NCBI GenBank assembly: GCA_046541805.1
Contig: JBKHCM010000001.1
Coordinates: forward strand, 20,612 to 84,611
DNA from: Alphaproteobacteria bacterium
GTDB taxonomy: Bacteria; Pseudomonadota; Alphaproteobacteria; Geminicoccales; Geminicoccaceae
Direction of reading: 5' to 3'
DNA: 64,000 nucleotides
The notes beneath the pieces were generated by a model. That model saw only the letters and a program-made list of their open reading frames with translations. It ran no database searches and was not told where the DNA came from. Both the position numbers and the translations under genes were made by a program. Below are positions 7,755 to 18,135 of this stretch, in pieces; positions within the stretch are counted from its first letter, which is position 1; the number at the start of each line of letters is the position of its first letter.

Positions 7755-9445
7755 GCCCGCGCCTCGTGCTTGGCGTCGTCCTTGAGCTCGGCGCCGCGGG
7801 TGTCGTCGAGCTCGACCATGCGTCGCGCGGCCGTCGTCGCCGCGTCGTCGAAGGGGTAAAGCACCAGATCCACGCCCGCCTCCGCCAGCCGCCGGCCCTG
7901 ATCCGGCTCGCGGGCGATGAGTGCGGTGCGGCCGTGATAGCCGTGCGCGCGGATCGCCGCGAGGAGGCCGTGACCCGGGTCGGTGTGGTTCAGCCGCAAC
8001 GTGCCGAAGGGCACGGCCAGGACGAGCCAGCGGGTCGTGCCCAGCGGCAGCTGGTCCCAAAAGGCGTGCTCGTTGACGTCGCCGTAGCGGACCCGATGGC
8101 CGCTCAGGCGCGCCTCGCGGACGACCGTGGGGTCGAGGTCGACGCCGAGCACGGTGTAGCCCGCGTCCTCGAGCTGCTCGTAGAGCCGGATCCCGACGCG
8201 TCCGAGCCCGAACAGGATGACGTCGACCGGGGCCGTGTCGTCGTCCTCGCCGGCGCGCTCGCGCTTAAGGCTGAAGTCGAAGATGGCGAGCGCCGGCTTT
8301 GCCCACGCGTAGAGCTCGTGCGAGTAGGTGATCATGTAGACCGATGCGGCGATGGTCACCAGGCCCACCAGGGTGACGAGGCCCACCGCCGCCTCGTCGA
8401 CATGCCCGAGCGCCAGCCCCATCGCCATGAAGATCAACGAGAACTCCGAGATCTGCGCCACCGTGAGCCCGCACAGAAAGCCGGTGCGCACCCGGTAGCC
8501 CATGGCACCCATGATCACGACGACGATGAGCGGGTTGCCGATCAGCACGAACAGCGAGAAGACCACCGCGCGGCCGGTGTCCGCTCCGAGCGTGTCGAGA
8601 TCGAGCGTCGTGCCGATGTAGAGGAAGAAGAAGAGCAGCAGGAAGTCCCTGAGGGCCGACAGCCGCGCCGAGATCATGTCGCGATAGGTGGTCGAGCCGA
8701 GCGAGACGCCGGCGGCGAGGCCGCCCAGCTCCTTGCCGATGCCGACGAGGTCGCCCACCGCGGCGGCCGCCGCCGCCCAGCCGATGGCGAAGATGACGAG
8801 GAGCTCGGGCGTGCGGGCGAAGCGCGCGGTCAAGGGCTCCGCCAGCCAGCGCACGAAGACCAAAAGCCCGGCGACGAGGCCGACCAGCCCGGCGATGACG
8901 GCGAGCAGGTCGCCGCCCTTGCCACCGGTGCCGACGCCGAGGGTCGAGAGCCCGACCATCGCGACCACGACCACGATGTCCTGAACGATCAAAAAGCCGA
9001 GGGCGATCCGACCGTGCAGCGTCTCGAGCTCGCGCTTGTCGCTCAACAGCTTCACGATGATGATCGTCGAGGAGAAGGTCAGCGCCACGGCGACGTAGAA
9101 GCTCGTGACCATGTCCAGGCCGAGGGCGAGGCCCAAGACGAATCCGATGCCGGCGGTGAAGGCGACTTGGCCGAGGCCCGTGGCCACCGCCACCGGACCG
9201 AGTTGGCGCACCAGGCGCCAATCCAGCGTCAAGCCCACGAGAAAGAGCAGCAGCGCGACGCCGAGCTCGGCGAGGAAGGTGATCTGCGCCACCGTCGCCG
9301 GCGCGGCCTCCAAGAACGCCGCCGCCGCGATGCCGACGACGATGAAGCTCACGACCACGGGCTGGCGCAGCGCCGTGCCGAGGAGACCGACGGCGGCCGC
9401 GATCAGCAGCAAGAAGGCGATCTCGTGAAAAACGTAGTCGTGCAT
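7751..9445 (-). CDS. Kef-type cation/proton antiporter (CPA2) with C-terminal RCK/TrkA-N domain
   Basis: 564-aa ORF with about 12 hydrophobic segments (MHDYVFHEIAFLLLIAAAVGLLG...), followed by VILFGLGRVGIRLYEQLEDAGYTVLGVDLDP (Rossmann GxGxxG). Confidence 0.85.
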   Translation of the reverse strand: MHDYVFHEIAFLLLIAAAVGLLGTALRQPVVVSFIVVGIAAAAFLEAAPATVAQITFLAELGVALLLFLVGLTLDWRLVRQLGPVAVATGLGQVAFTAGIGFVLGLALGLDMVTSFYVAVALTFSSTIIIVKLLSDKRELETLHGRIALGFLIVQDIVVVVAMVGLSTLGVGTGGKGGDLLAVIAGLVGLVAGLLVFVRWLAEPLTARFARTPELLVIFAIGWAAAAAAVGDLVGIGKELGGLAAGVSLGSTTYRDMISARLSALRDFLLLFFFLYIGTTLDLDTLGADTGRAVVFSLFVLIGNPLIVVVIMGAMGYRVRTGFLCGLTVAQISEFSLIFMAMGLALGHVDEAAVGLVTLVGLVTIAASVYMITYSHELYAWAKPALAIFDFSLKRERAGEDDDTAPVDVILFGLGRVGIRLYEQLEDAGYTVLGVDLDPTVVREARLSGHRVRYGDVNEHAFWDQLPLGTTRWLVLAVPFGTLRLNHTDPGHGLLAAIRAHGYHGRTALIAREPDQGRRLAEAGVDLVLYPFDDAATTAARRMVELDDTRGAELKDDAKHEARA

Positions 9446-9602
9446 TGCCTGCCCCCCGCCGCCCTTCCCCCGCCGTCGCAGCGCTCACGCTATCGGCGGG
9501 GTCGCAAGCCGACAACGTTAACCGGAGACGGCGGCACGCGCGAGCGGCGGCGAGGGCCGGCTGATCCGGCGCGCGAGGCGGTGACGCCGGGTGGCGGGCC
9601 CC

Positions 9603-10940
9603 TCAGATCGCCGCCTGGAGGCCGTCGCTGACCTCGTCGAGGACGGCGGCGAGCAGCCGTTCGTCGTCGGCTTCCACCATCACGCGGAGCAGGGGCTCCG
9701 TGCCCGAGGGACGCACGACGAGCCGTCCGTGGCCGTTGAGCTGGGCCTCGCCCGCCTCGATCACGCGGGTGATCTCCGGTCGCGACATGTCGGGCCGTGC
9801 CGGCACGCGGATGTTCTTCAAGCGCTGCGGCAGCGGCGTGAAGGCGCGGGTCACCTCCGAGAACGGACGCTCCAACTCGACCATCACCGCCATCACCTGT
9901 AATGCCGCGACGAGGCCGTCGCCGGTGGTGGCGTAGTCGCCCAGGATGATATGGCCCGACTGCTCGCCGCCGACGTTGAAGCCGCCGGCGCGCATCGCCT
10001 CGACGACGTAGCGGTCGCCCACCTGGGTGCGCACGGTCTCGAGCCCGAGCCCGGCGAGGAAGCGCTCGAGGCCGAGGTTCGACATCTGCGTGCAGACGAC
10101 GCCGCCGCCGTTGAGGCGGTCCTTGCCGTGCCAGGAGCCGGCGATGAGCGCGATGAGCTGGTCGCCGTCGACGAGCTGGCCCTTCTCGTCGACCATGACG
10201 ACGCGGTCGGCGTCGCCGTCCAAGGCGATACCGAGATCGGCTTCCTCGCCGATGACCCGTTGGCGCAACTGGGTGGGTTGGGTCGAGCCGCAGCCGTCGT
10301 TGATGTTGAAGCCGTTGGGCTCGGTGCCGATCTCGATCACCTCGGCGCCGAGCTCCCAGAGGATCTTCGGCGCGACGCGGTAGGCCGCGCCGTGGGCGCA
10401 GTCGACGACGACCTTGAGGCCGGCGAGGGTCAGCTCGCGCGGGAAGGTCGACTTGCAGGCCTCGAGATAGCGCCCGAGCGCGCCTTCGAGCCGGTCGACC
10501 CGGCCGAGGGCACGGCCGTCGGCGAGCTCGGGGGTGGCGGCCATGCGCCGCTCGATCTCCGCCTCGATCTCGTCGGAGAGCTTGAAGCCGTCGGGGCCGA
10601 AGAGCTTGATGCCGTTGTCGGCGAAGGGGTTGTGCGAGGCCGAGATCATGACGCCCAGATCGCAGCGCAAGGACGGCGTCAGATAGGCGACCGCCGGCGT
10701 CGGCAAGGGACCCAAGAGCGTGACGTCCATGCCGGCGGCGACGAAGCCGGCGGTCAGGGCCGGCTCCAGCATGTAGCCCGAGCGCCGGGTGTCCTTGCCG
10801 ATGACGACGCGGTTGCGGTGCTTGCCGCGGGTGAACAGCGCACCGGCCGCGTAGCCCAACTTCAACGCGACCTCGCAGGTCATCGGGTGCCGGTTGGCCG
10901 TGCCGCGAATACCGTCCGTGCCGAAGAGTTCCCGCGCCAT
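9603..10940 (-). CDS. glmM: phosphoglucosamine mutase
   Basis: [21 protein letters not shown]..., [19 protein letters not shown] (active-site Ser), [19 protein letters not shown]. The ORF-track N-terminal extension to 11363 is R-rich and rejected. Confidence 0.95.
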   Translation of the reverse strand: MARELFGTDGIRGTANRHPMTCEVALKLGYAAGALFTRGKHRNRVVIGKDTRRSGYMLEPALTAGFVAAGMDVTLLGPLPTPAVAYLTPSLRCDLGVMISASHNPFADNGIKLFGPDGFKLSDEIEAEIERRMAATPELADGRALGRVDRLEGALGRYLEACKSTFPRELTLAGLKVVVDCAHGAAYRVAPKILWELGAEVIEIGTEPNGFNINDGCGSTQPTQLRQRVIGEEADLGIALDGDADRVVMVDEKGQLVDGDQLIALIAGSWHGKDRLNGGGVVCTQMSNLGLERFLAGLGLETVRTQVGDRYVVEAMRAGGFNVGGEQSGHIILGDYATTGDGLVAALQVMAVMVELERPFSEVTRAFTPLPQRLKNIRVPARPDMSRPEITRVIEAGEAQLNGHGRLVVRPSGTEPLLRVMVEADDERLLAAVLDEVSDGLQAAI

Positions 10941-11355
10941 CTTCGCCTCGATGCGTTGCTTCCGGGCGCGGTTGTAGGCCTTTAAGAGGATGGCGAAAAG
11001 CGCCGGCGGGTGGCGCGATCGGCCGAACGGCGTTCGATCGCCGCCGCATCGCCGCCGACGCCTTGTGGCGAGGGCCATCGCGCGACGGTCGCCGCGACCG
11101 CGGCTCGGCGTAGGTCCAGCGGGTACCGGAACGACGCCGGAGCCGGAGCTGGACGCGCCTGCCGATGCGCCGCTTGACGTTTCTCCTGCGCCGCGCCGGG
11201 CGCGCGGTCTAAATGTGGTCGAGCCGCTACGCGCTCGCCGCCGGGCTCGGCTTCGGACCGCGCTCGAGCCGCGCGGTGCCGCGGGACCATCTTGCGCTCC
11301 TGGCCGAGGTCCGCACCGCCCGGACCGCCGTCGCCGAGGCCGCGTTCGCCCCGCC

Positions 11356-13053
11356 TTACGCACTCCAGGGCAGCAGCCCCAGCCGGTAGCGGTGATCGAG
11401 GAACTGCAGGACGCCGACGATGGCGAGCACGGCCAGAAGGCACAGCACCGCCACCGCCGAGGCCAGCACGGTGTAGCCGCCGTCCTCGAGGTTGAAGACG
11501 ACGACGCCCAGGGTCTCGCTCCCCGACGACCAGAGCAGCGCCGAGACGGTGAGCTCGTTGTAGGCGGTCATGAAGACCAAAAGCGCCCCGGCAGCGGCGG
11601 GCGCCAGCAGGAGCGGGCCGACGACGCGCACCAGCCGCTGCAGGAGGCCGGCGCCGTCCAGCTGCGCCGCCTCGTCCAGCGCGCGGTCGATCTGCTGATA
11701 GCCGGCGAGCACCGGCGTCAGCGCGAGCGTCAAGAAGCGCGCCAGATAGGCCGCGAAGATGATCCACAGCGTGCCGTAGAGCGAGACGCCCACCACCGGC
11801 AGCGGGCGCAGGAAGATGAGGATGCAGGCGACGCCGAGGACGACGCCCGGCAGCGCGTAGGGCAGCTCGATGATCGGGCGCAGCGCGCGAGCGAAGCGGC
11901 TCGCGCGCCAGACGATGAAGTAGCCGAGCGGCAGTGCCATGGTCATCAAGACGACCGCGGCGCCGCCGGCCAAAAGCGTCGAGTTGGCGAAGGCGCGGCG
12001 CGTCACGTCCTGGCGGATCAAGACCTCGACGTAGTTCTCGAGCGTCACCGTCGCCGGGGTCAGGCGTACGCCGTAAGCCGGCACCAGCGAGGTCGCCACC
12101 AGCGCCAGCAAGGGCGCGATCAGGAGCAGCGCGATCAGCGCCCACGCCAGAGCTTCGAGCCACGGCCGCCAGCGGCCGAGCGCCACCCGATAGGCCCGCG
12201 CCGACCCCTCGAGGCTGGCGACGTCGCGGTGGCGCAAAAGCCATGTCTGCACGAGGACCCCGGCTGCGGCGATGACGCCGATGAGCACCGAGAGCACCGC
12301 GACCTCGGCGACGACCTGGGGGCCGAAGCTGGCGAGCCGCTGGTAGATCAGGACCGGCAACAGCGTGTGCGCGGCCGGGATGCCGAGAAAGGCGGCGATC
12401 CCGAAATTGCCGATGGCGGAGACGAAGGCGAGCGCCGTGCCGGCGATCAGCGCCGGCGCCAGCAGCGGCAGCACGACGTAAGCGAGCGCCTGGCGGCCGC
12501 TCGCCCCCATGACGTAGGCGCTCTCGACCAGCTCGCCCGGCAGCTGGCTAAGGCCGGCGCGCACGGTGAGGAAGACCAAGGGCGCGTGCTGGATGCCCAA
12601 GAGCAGGATGATGCCCGCGCGCGAGTAGATCGGATTGGGGCTGCCCGGCGCCGGCGCGATGCCGAGCGCGTTCAAGAGCGCGCTGCCGGGACCGAAGAGC
12701 TGGGTCCAGGCGAGTGCGGTGATCGGCGGCGGGATCAACAGCGGCAGCACGAAGCCGAAGACGAGCAACGTGCGCCCGCGCGCGTCGGTGGCACCGACCA
12801 GGAGCGCGAAGGCCGTGCCCATCACCAACGACAGGAGCGCGGAGAAGAGCGCCGCGTCGAGCGAGTTGAAGGTGGCGTTCCAGGTGCTGCGCGCGGTCAG
12901 CACCTCGCGGGCGACTGCCGGGTCGAGCGCGCCGCCCGGAAAGATCGCCTCCTGCGCGAGGCGGAGCATCGGCCAGAGCGCGAGGACGAGGACGACGCTC
13001 GCCAGGAGGGCGAGGGCGAGGCCCTCGCCCCCCGGCCGGCGGACGACGGTCAA
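11356..13053 (-). CDS. fused two-domain ABC transporter permease (iron(III)/thiamine FbpB/ThiP-like)
   Basis: 565 aa, about 12 TM segments, two repeated permease halves. Confidence 0.85.
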   Translation of the reverse strand: MTVVRRPGGEGLALALLASVVLVLALWPMLRLAQEAIFPGGALDPAVAREVLTARSTWNATFNSLDAALFSALLSLVMGTAFALLVGATDARGRTLLVFGFVLPLLIPPPITALAWTQLFGPGSALLNALGIAPAPGSPNPIYSRAGIILLLGIQHAPLVFLTVRAGLSQLPGELVESAYVMGASGRQALAYVVLPLLAPALIAGTALAFVSAIGNFGIAAFLGIPAAHTLLPVLIYQRLASFGPQVVAEVAVLSVLIGVIAAAGVLVQTWLLRHRDVASLEGSARAYRVALGRWRPWLEALAWALIALLLIAPLLALVATSLVPAYGVRLTPATVTLENYVEVLIRQDVTRRAFANSTLLAGGAAVVLMTMALPLGYFIVWRASRFARALRPIIELPYALPGVVLGVACILIFLRPLPVVGVSLYGTLWIIFAAYLARFLTLALTPVLAGYQQIDRALDEAAQLDGAGLLQRLVRVVGPLLLAPAAAGALLVFMTAYNELTVSALLWSSGSETLGVVVFNLEDGGYTVLASAVAVLCLLAVLAIVGVLQFLDHRYRLGLLPWSA

Positions 13054-13057
13054 CGGC

Positions 13058-14041
13058 CTACTGGCCGAAGATCTCGACGAAGCGCTGCTTGTTGGCCTGG
13101 TCGTCGGCGAGCGCCTCGCCGGCGTCGAAGGGCATGAGCGCGATCTCGTCGCGCGGCGGGAAGCCCGTGGGCGGGCTCACCTCGGGATGCGCCGGCAGAT
13201 AGCCCTGGGACGCCGCGAGCTCTTGACCCTCGCGGGAGAGGAGAAAGTCGACGAAGGCCTCGGCCGCCTCGGGATTGCGGGCGGTGGAGAGGATCGCCAC
13301 CGGCTCGGTCACCGCCGACACCCCCTCGGTGGGGAAGACGAAATCGACGGGCGAGCCGTTCTGCGCCTCGCGGATCGGCAGGAAGTCGACGACGACGCCG
13401 TAGAGCTTCTCGCCCGAGGCGACCGTGCGGAAGACGCCGCCGTTGCCGCCCTGCGGCTGGATGCCGTTCGCCGCCAGCGCCTCGTAGTAGTCCCAACCGA
13501 AGTCCGGGTGCGAGACCACCGTCTCCATATGGATGGCCGCGGCGCCCGAGGTCAGCGGGCTCGGCATCGCCACTTGGTTCTCGGCCGCGTCGGCGGTGAG
13601 GTCGTGCCACGAGGTCGGCGGCGTCGGCGCGGCGTCGTTGTAGACGATGCCGGTGGTGATCAGCTTGGTCGAAAAGTAGTGGCCCTCGGCGTCGTGGAGC
13701 GCCGCGTCGTAGGCCTCGGTGGGTGCCTCGGGATAGGCCATGAGCCGGCCTTCCTGGGCGAGGCCCTCCATCGTCACGGTGTCGGCGATCAACAGCACAT
13801 CGGGTTGCGGGTCACCGGCGGCGAACTCGGCGCGCAGCTTCGCCATCATCTTGGTGGTGCCGTCGCGCACCCACTCCACCTCGACATCGGGGTGCGCCGC
13901 TTGAAAGGCGTCGACCGTCGCCTGGGCGTCGGCGTTGGGCTGGCTGGTGTAGAGCACGAGCGTGCCCGACTGGGCGAAAGCGCTCGGCGCGCCCAAGGCG
14001 AAGGCCACGCCGGCAAGCGACGCGAGCAGGCGCTTGGTCAT
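13058..14041 (-). CDS. periplasmic ABC substrate-binding protein (Fe3+/solute-binding family 1 type)
   Basis: ORF 13058..14143 trimmed to ATG 14041 with a GGAGGA RBS. Signal peptide MTKRLLASLAGVAFALGAPSAFAQ, then SGTLVLYTSQPNADAQATVDAFQ... Lies 4 nt upstream of the permease. Confidence 0.85.
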   Translation of the reverse strand: MTKRLLASLAGVAFALGAPSAFAQSGTLVLYTSQPNADAQATVDAFQAAHPDVEVEWVRDGTTKMMAKLRAEFAAGDPQPDVLLIADTVTMEGLAQEGRLMAYPEAPTEAYDAALHDAEGHYFSTKLITTGIVYNDAAPTPPTSWHDLTADAAENQVAMPSPLTSGAAAIHMETVVSHPDFGWDYYEALAANGIQPQGGNGGVFRTVASGEKLYGVVVDFLPIREAQNGSPVDFVFPTEGVSAVTEPVAILSTARNPEAAEAFVDFLLSREGQELAASQGYLPAHPEVSPPTGFPPRDEIALMPFDAGEALADDQANKQRFVEIFGQ

Positions 14042-14623
14042 CAAGGTCCTCCTCTGGTACTTCCGCTGCCGCTTACGCGCAGATTGTGACACAGCGATGA
14101 TACGCGGCGACGGGCACAACGCCGGTTCGCTGCACTCGTTCAAGCTGAAACTTTACTCCGGCTCTTCTGCCCGGGATCCACCGACCATGCGCCGAGCGAT
14201 CTCGGGTGGCAGAGCCCCGATGCCGTACCCTCGCTTGCCGTTCGCGCGCCTCGCGCTCGCGGTCACCTTGATCGGCGCCGCAGCCTTGGCCTTCGCCGCC
14301 GAGCTGTTGCCCGGCGCGGCGATGTGGCGGCCATCGCCCGGGCGTTGCGCCGACCGCTCGCGACGCGCGCCGGGCGGCGGTGCGCGCCCAGCGCGCGCGG
14401 CGAGCCGCGCCGAGCGCCGGCGTCATTGCGGCAACCGCCGCCGGGTGCCGCCCAGGTAGGACACGCCTGTCCTGGTGACTGTCGAGGGCCCGAGCGGCAT
14501 GCGCCAGCCGACGGCGTCGCCGACATCCAAGGGGCACAAGGCACCTCGGTCGGAGATGGAGACGAAACTCGGATGGAGGGCGACGCCAAGCCTCGGATGT
14601 TGACGAGGGGTTGAGGCAGGGGC

Positions 14624-14995
14624 TCAGCCCGTAGCGGCGAAGCCGCGCCCGCCCGGCCGCGTGTAGGCCCCGCGTGGCGGGCTGAAGATGTCGAGGATGC
14701 GCGCGCCCGCGGGCCCGGCGATGAAGTTGTGGGGCATGCCGCAAGGGATGTGGCAGACGTCGCCGGGGCCGACGTCGAGCTCCTCCTGGCCGACCAGCAG
14801 CACGCCGCCGCCCTCGATCACCACCGCCCACTGCTCCTCTTCGTGGTGGTGCTCGTCGCCGGCGGCGTTGGGCGCGCAGGTCAGCACCGACAGCATCGCG
14901 TGCTTGCCCCAGAAGAGCTGGGTGTCGAGGCCGTCGGCCAGCGTGCGGGCGAGCCCGCCCTGCGGATCGTTCAGGTTGAAGCGCTGGACCGCCAT
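14624..14995 (-). CDS. cupin-domain protein
   Basis: 123 aa. GDEHHHEEEQWAVVIEGG...GPGDVCHIPCGMPHNF gives the two cupin His motifs. Confidence 0.75.
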   Translation of the reverse strand: MAVQRFNLNDPQGGLARTLADGLDTQLFWGKHAMLSVLTCAPNAAGDEHHHEEEQWAVVIEGGGVLLVGQEELDVGPGDVCHIPCGMPHNFIAGPAGARILDIFSPPRGAYTRPGGRGFAATG

Positions 14996-15026
14996 CGTCG
15001 TCTCCCCTGATCGCCAGGGGGAAAGC

Positions 15027-15230
15027 CTAGTCGATGCGGCGCCCCGCGCGAAGGTGGTGCTCGGCGGTGAGCCGGATCTCGCCCGCGCCCGCGACCAGCG
15101 CCATCACCAGCGCCTGCGTCCACCAGAAGGCGGCAGCCTCGTCCCGCCCACGACCCTGCTCGCGCGCCGCCTCGTCGGCGTAGAGCTCTGCGAGCTCGGC
15201 CTCGCCCGGGGCCGCGCCCGCGAGCTCCAT
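15027..15230 (-). CDS. small hypothetical protein (67 aa)
   Basis: Tail of ORF 15027..16535. ATG 15230 lies 8 nt after the Rieske gene stop. MELAGAAPGEAELAELYADEAAREQGRGRDEAAAFWWTQALVMALVAGAGEIRLTAEHHLRAGRRID. GC3 is very high. No family recognised. Confidence 0.45.
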   Translation of the reverse strand: MELAGAAPGEAELAELYADEAAREQGRGRDEAAAFWWTQALVMALVAGAGEIRLTAEHHLRAGRRID

Positions 15231-15238
15231 GGCGGCGC

Positions 15239-16423
15239 TCACGGCGCCAGCAACCGGCCGGCGACCCAACGGTGGAAGGCGTGGGTCGGCGGGTCCATCG
15301 CCGGCGAGAACCGCCCGCCGTCGAAGGCGGGCGAGGCGCGGCCGGCCTGCATGCCCTCGACGACGGCGACGTCCTCCTCGAAGACCTCGCGCCAGAGCTC
15401 CCGCGAGCGCCGGCGCAGCTCGCCGAGGGCGGCGTCCGTCGCGGCGTCCTCGAGGTAGTAGAGCCGGACGTGCTCGGCGGTGCGCGCCACGCCACGCGGC
15501 TCGACCAGGATGGCGAAGCCCTGATCGCGGTGCAGGCCCATGAGCAGGTTCGGATAGAGGGCGACGTACTCCGCGCCGGTCGCCCAGAAGTCGTCGAGGC
15601 CCGCAAAGCCTGGAAAGCGCCGGCCGGCCGCGTCGAGCGTGGGCTGGTAGGCGCGGGTGAGCTGGCCCGAGAACGCGCCCGCCTCGACGATGTTGTTGTG
15701 GTCCTCGAGCCGCGAATAGCTGTTGAGGCCCGGATGCACCCACGGCAGGTGGTAGGCCTCGACGTAGTTCTCGACCGCGAGCTTCCAGTTGGCCGCGAGC
15801 TCGAGGGTGAAGGCGCCCTCTTCCGGCGCCGGCGCGCGCAGGCGGGCGAGGTCGAAGCCGGCCCAGCGGCGGGCCAGCGGGTCGATCCAGTCCGCGAAGG
15901 CGGGCGCCTCGCCGTCGAGATCGACGAAGACGAAGTCCCACCAGACCGCGCTGCGCACCGGGACCAGGGCGAGCGCGCTCTTGTCGATGTCGGGATGGAC
16001 GTTGCAGCCCGGCCCGCCGACATGGGGCGCGATCATCAGCTTGCCGCCGTGGTCGTAGCACCAGGAGTGATAGGGGCAGCGGATGACGTTGGCGAAGCGG
16101 GTGGGCGCCGTCGCCAGCTTCATGCCGCGGTGACGGCAGACGTTGTGGAAGACGCGCACGCCGCCGTCCTTGGCGCGCAACAGCAAGAGCGGCGCACCGC
16201 CGAGCTCGACCGGGCGGGCGTCGCCGGGCGCGGGCACGTCGCTCGCGAAGCCGACGCAGGCCCAGCCGCGCCGCCACAGCCGGCGCTCTTCGAACGCGGC
16301 GAAGTCGGTGTCGGTGTAGGCGGCGTTGGGCAAGCCGCGGGCGCGCCCGATCGGCGCGTCCACCGCCATCAAGCCCTCGACGAAGCCGCCGTCGAGGCGT
16401 GTCGCCGCCGCGATGTCGCCCAT
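15239..16423 (-). CDS. Rieske [2Fe-2S] non-haem iron oxygenase alpha subunit (choline-monooxygenase/ring-hydroxylating family)
   Basis: CRHRGMKL...CPYHSWCY Rieske motif. NWKLAVENYVEAYHLPWVHPGL catalytic domain. ATG 16423 is preceded by GGAGGGGG. Confidence 0.85.
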   Translation of the reverse strand: MGDIAAATRLDGGFVEGLMAVDAPIGRARGLPNAAYTDTDFAAFEERRLWRRGWACVGFASDVPAPGDARPVELGGAPLLLLRAKDGGVRVFHNVCRHRGMKLATAPTRFANVIRCPYHSWCYDHGGKLMIAPHVGGPGCNVHPDIDKSALALVPVRSAVWWDFVFVDLDGEAPAFADWIDPLARRWAGFDLARLRAPAPEEGAFTLELAANWKLAVENYVEAYHLPWVHPGLNSYSRLEDHNNIVEAGAFSGQLTRAYQPTLDAAGRRFPGFAGLDDFWATGAEYVALYPNLLMGLHRDQGFAILVEPRGVARTAEHVRLYYLEDAATDAALGELRRRSRELWREVFEEDVAVVEGMQAGRASPAFDGGRFSPAMDPPTHAFHRWVAGRLLAP

Positions 16424-16573
16424 GCCCCCTCCACACCGCACAAAGGCCGGAAAACCGCGGCGAACCTACGCGGCGGCAAGCTGCCGCTCTCGCGCAAGCG
16501 CGACATCGGGCGTCCAAGCTGCGACGCGCCCGCACCCCTGGCCGGCAGCGGCGCAGCGCCTTACATCGCGCCC

Positions 16574-17743
16574 ATGCAGACGCTCAGCTTCGAAGCCGTG
16601 GTCGTCGGCGGGGGACCCGCCGGGCTCTCCGCCGCCCTCGCCCTCGCCCGCGCCGGCCGCGCCACGGCGCTGGTCGATCCCACCGCCGATGCCCTGCCGC
16701 CGGCGGGCCGGACCACCGCCGTGATGGCCCCCCAGGCGGAGTTCCTGCGGGAGCTCGGGGCCTGGCCCGCGGCCGCCGAGGACGCGCCGCTGCGGGGCCT
16801 GCGCATCGTCAACCGCGGCGACGGCGACGAGGAGGTGCTCTTCCTCGCCGACGAGCTCGACCTCGACGCCTTCGCCTGGAACGTGCCGAACGCGGCGCTG
16901 GTCGAGGCCCTGCGTGCGGCCGCGGCGGCCGCCGAGGTCGTCACCCTTCCCGCCCGGCTCGCCGAGGTGGACCGCCGCCGGGGCAATTGGCGGCTTGGCC
17001 TCGACGACGGCCGCCAGCTCGACGCGACGCTCCTGATCGGCGCCGACGGCAAGGCCTCCCGGGTGCGCTCGGCCCTCAAGATCGACGCCCGCCGCCACGA
17101 CTACGGCCAGATCGCCAACACCGCCAAGCTCGCCATCACCGGCGGCCACGACAACGTCTCCACCGAGGTCCACAAGCCGGGCGGCCCCTTCACCACCGTG
17201 CCGGCGGGGCCCGCGCATGTGAGCTTGGTCTGGCTCGAGCCGAATGCGGCGGGCGAGCGGCTCGCCGGGCTCGACGACGCCGCCTTCCTCGACGCCTGCA
17301 TGGCCGAGGATCGCGGCCACCATGGCCGAATGGACGAGGTCGAGGGCCGTGCCGCGGTGCCGGTGATCGGCCTTTTGGCGGAACGGCTGGCGGGGCCGGG
17401 CGCGCTCATCCTCGGCGAAGCGGCCCACGCCGTCTCGCCCCTGGGTGCTCAGGGCTTCAACCTCAGCCTGCGCGACGCCGCCGCCTTGGCCGAGCTCGCC
17501 GCCGGGCCGGGCTTCGCCAAGGCCGAGCGGCTCTGCCGCTACGAGCGCGAGCGTCTCGCCGAGACCCGCCTCGTCTTCTGGTTCGTCGACGCGCTCAACC
17601 GCTCGGTGCAGCGCCCGGAGCTGGCGTTGCGGCTGTTGAGCGGCGTCGGGCTGCAGGCGGTGAGCGCCTGGGGGCCGGTGCGCCGCGCGGTGATGGCGCG
17701 CCTGCTCGAGCCGCACGTCTTCTCCCGCACGGCGAGGTCCTGA
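16574..17743 (+). CDS. FAD-dependent monooxygenase, UbiH/UbiF/VisC/Coq6 family
   Basis: Real part of ORF 15272..17743. MQTLSFEAVVVGGGPAGLSAALALARAG (GxGxxG), LIGADGKASRVR, GEAAHAVSPLGAQGFNLSLRD. Confidence 0.85.
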   Translation: MQTLSFEAVVVGGGPAGLSAALALARAGRATALVDPTADALPPAGRTTAVMAPQAEFLRELGAWPAAAEDAPLRGLRIVNRGDGDEEVLFLADELDLDAFAWNVPNAALVEALRAAAAAAEVVTLPARLAEVDRRRGNWRLGLDDGRQLDATLLIGADGKASRVRSALKIDARRHDYGQIANTAKLAITGGHDNVSTEVHKPGGPFTTVPAGPAHVSLVWLEPNAAGERLAGLDDAAFLDACMAEDRGHHGRMDEVEGRAAVPVIGLLAERLAGPGALILGEAAHAVSPLGAQGFNLSLRDAAALAELAAGPGFAKAERLCRYERERLAETRLVFWFVDALNRSVQRPELALRLLSGVGLQAVSAWGPVRRAVMARLLEPHVFSRTARS

Positions 17744-18135
17744 TGCGCGAGCGTCTCACCGTCTACTACAACGGCGCGTGCCCGATCTGCGGCGCCGAGG
17801 TCCGTCACTACCGCGCGCTCGCGGCCAAGAGCGAGGCGCCGCTGGACTGGGTCGACATCAGCGCCGAGCCGCGCGCGCTCGAGCGCTGGGGCATCGACGG
17901 CGAGGGCGCCAAGCGCCGGCTCTACGCCGTTGAGGCCGACGGCAGCCTGGTCGGCGGGGTCGAGGCCTTCGCCCGCCTCTGGGAGCGCCTGCCGCGTTAC
18001 CGTGCGTTCGCGCGCGTCGCCCGCACGCCGGGGCTCCGTCCCTTCGCCGAAGTGCTGTACGAGCGCGTGCTGGCGCCCGGACTCGTGCGCTACAACGCTT
18101 GGCGCGAGCGGCGGCGGGCCCGCGCCGCGGCTTGA
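17743..18135 (+). CDS. thiol-disulfide oxidoreductase DCC family (DUF393)
   Basis: MRERLTVYYNGACPICGAEVRHY. The start overlaps the upstream stop (TGATG). Confidence 0.8.
   Translation: MRERLTVYYNGACPICGAEVRHYRALAAKSEAPLDWVDISAEPRALERWGIDGEGAKRRLYAVEADGSLVGGVEAFARLWERLPRYRAFARVARTPGLRPFAEVLYERVLAPGLVRYNAWRERRRARAAA

Noticed and set aside
11213-11389. 58-codon plus-strand ORF ([58 protein letters not shown]) with ~90% GC3
   Set aside because: It has no RBS, overlaps the permease 3' end, and shares its third-position phase with the permease frame. No family is recognised. It is mentioned only as a possible remnant.
13962-14620. ORFs 13962..14459(+), 14324..14614(+) and 14073..14831(-) in the SBP/cupin spacer, including a signal-peptide-like MPYPRLPFARLALAVTLIGAAALAFAA
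   Set aside because: The coding signal fades after ~35 codons and switches frame. The rest is R-rich, and there is no RBS. I treat the spacer as promoter DNA, possibly with a remnant.
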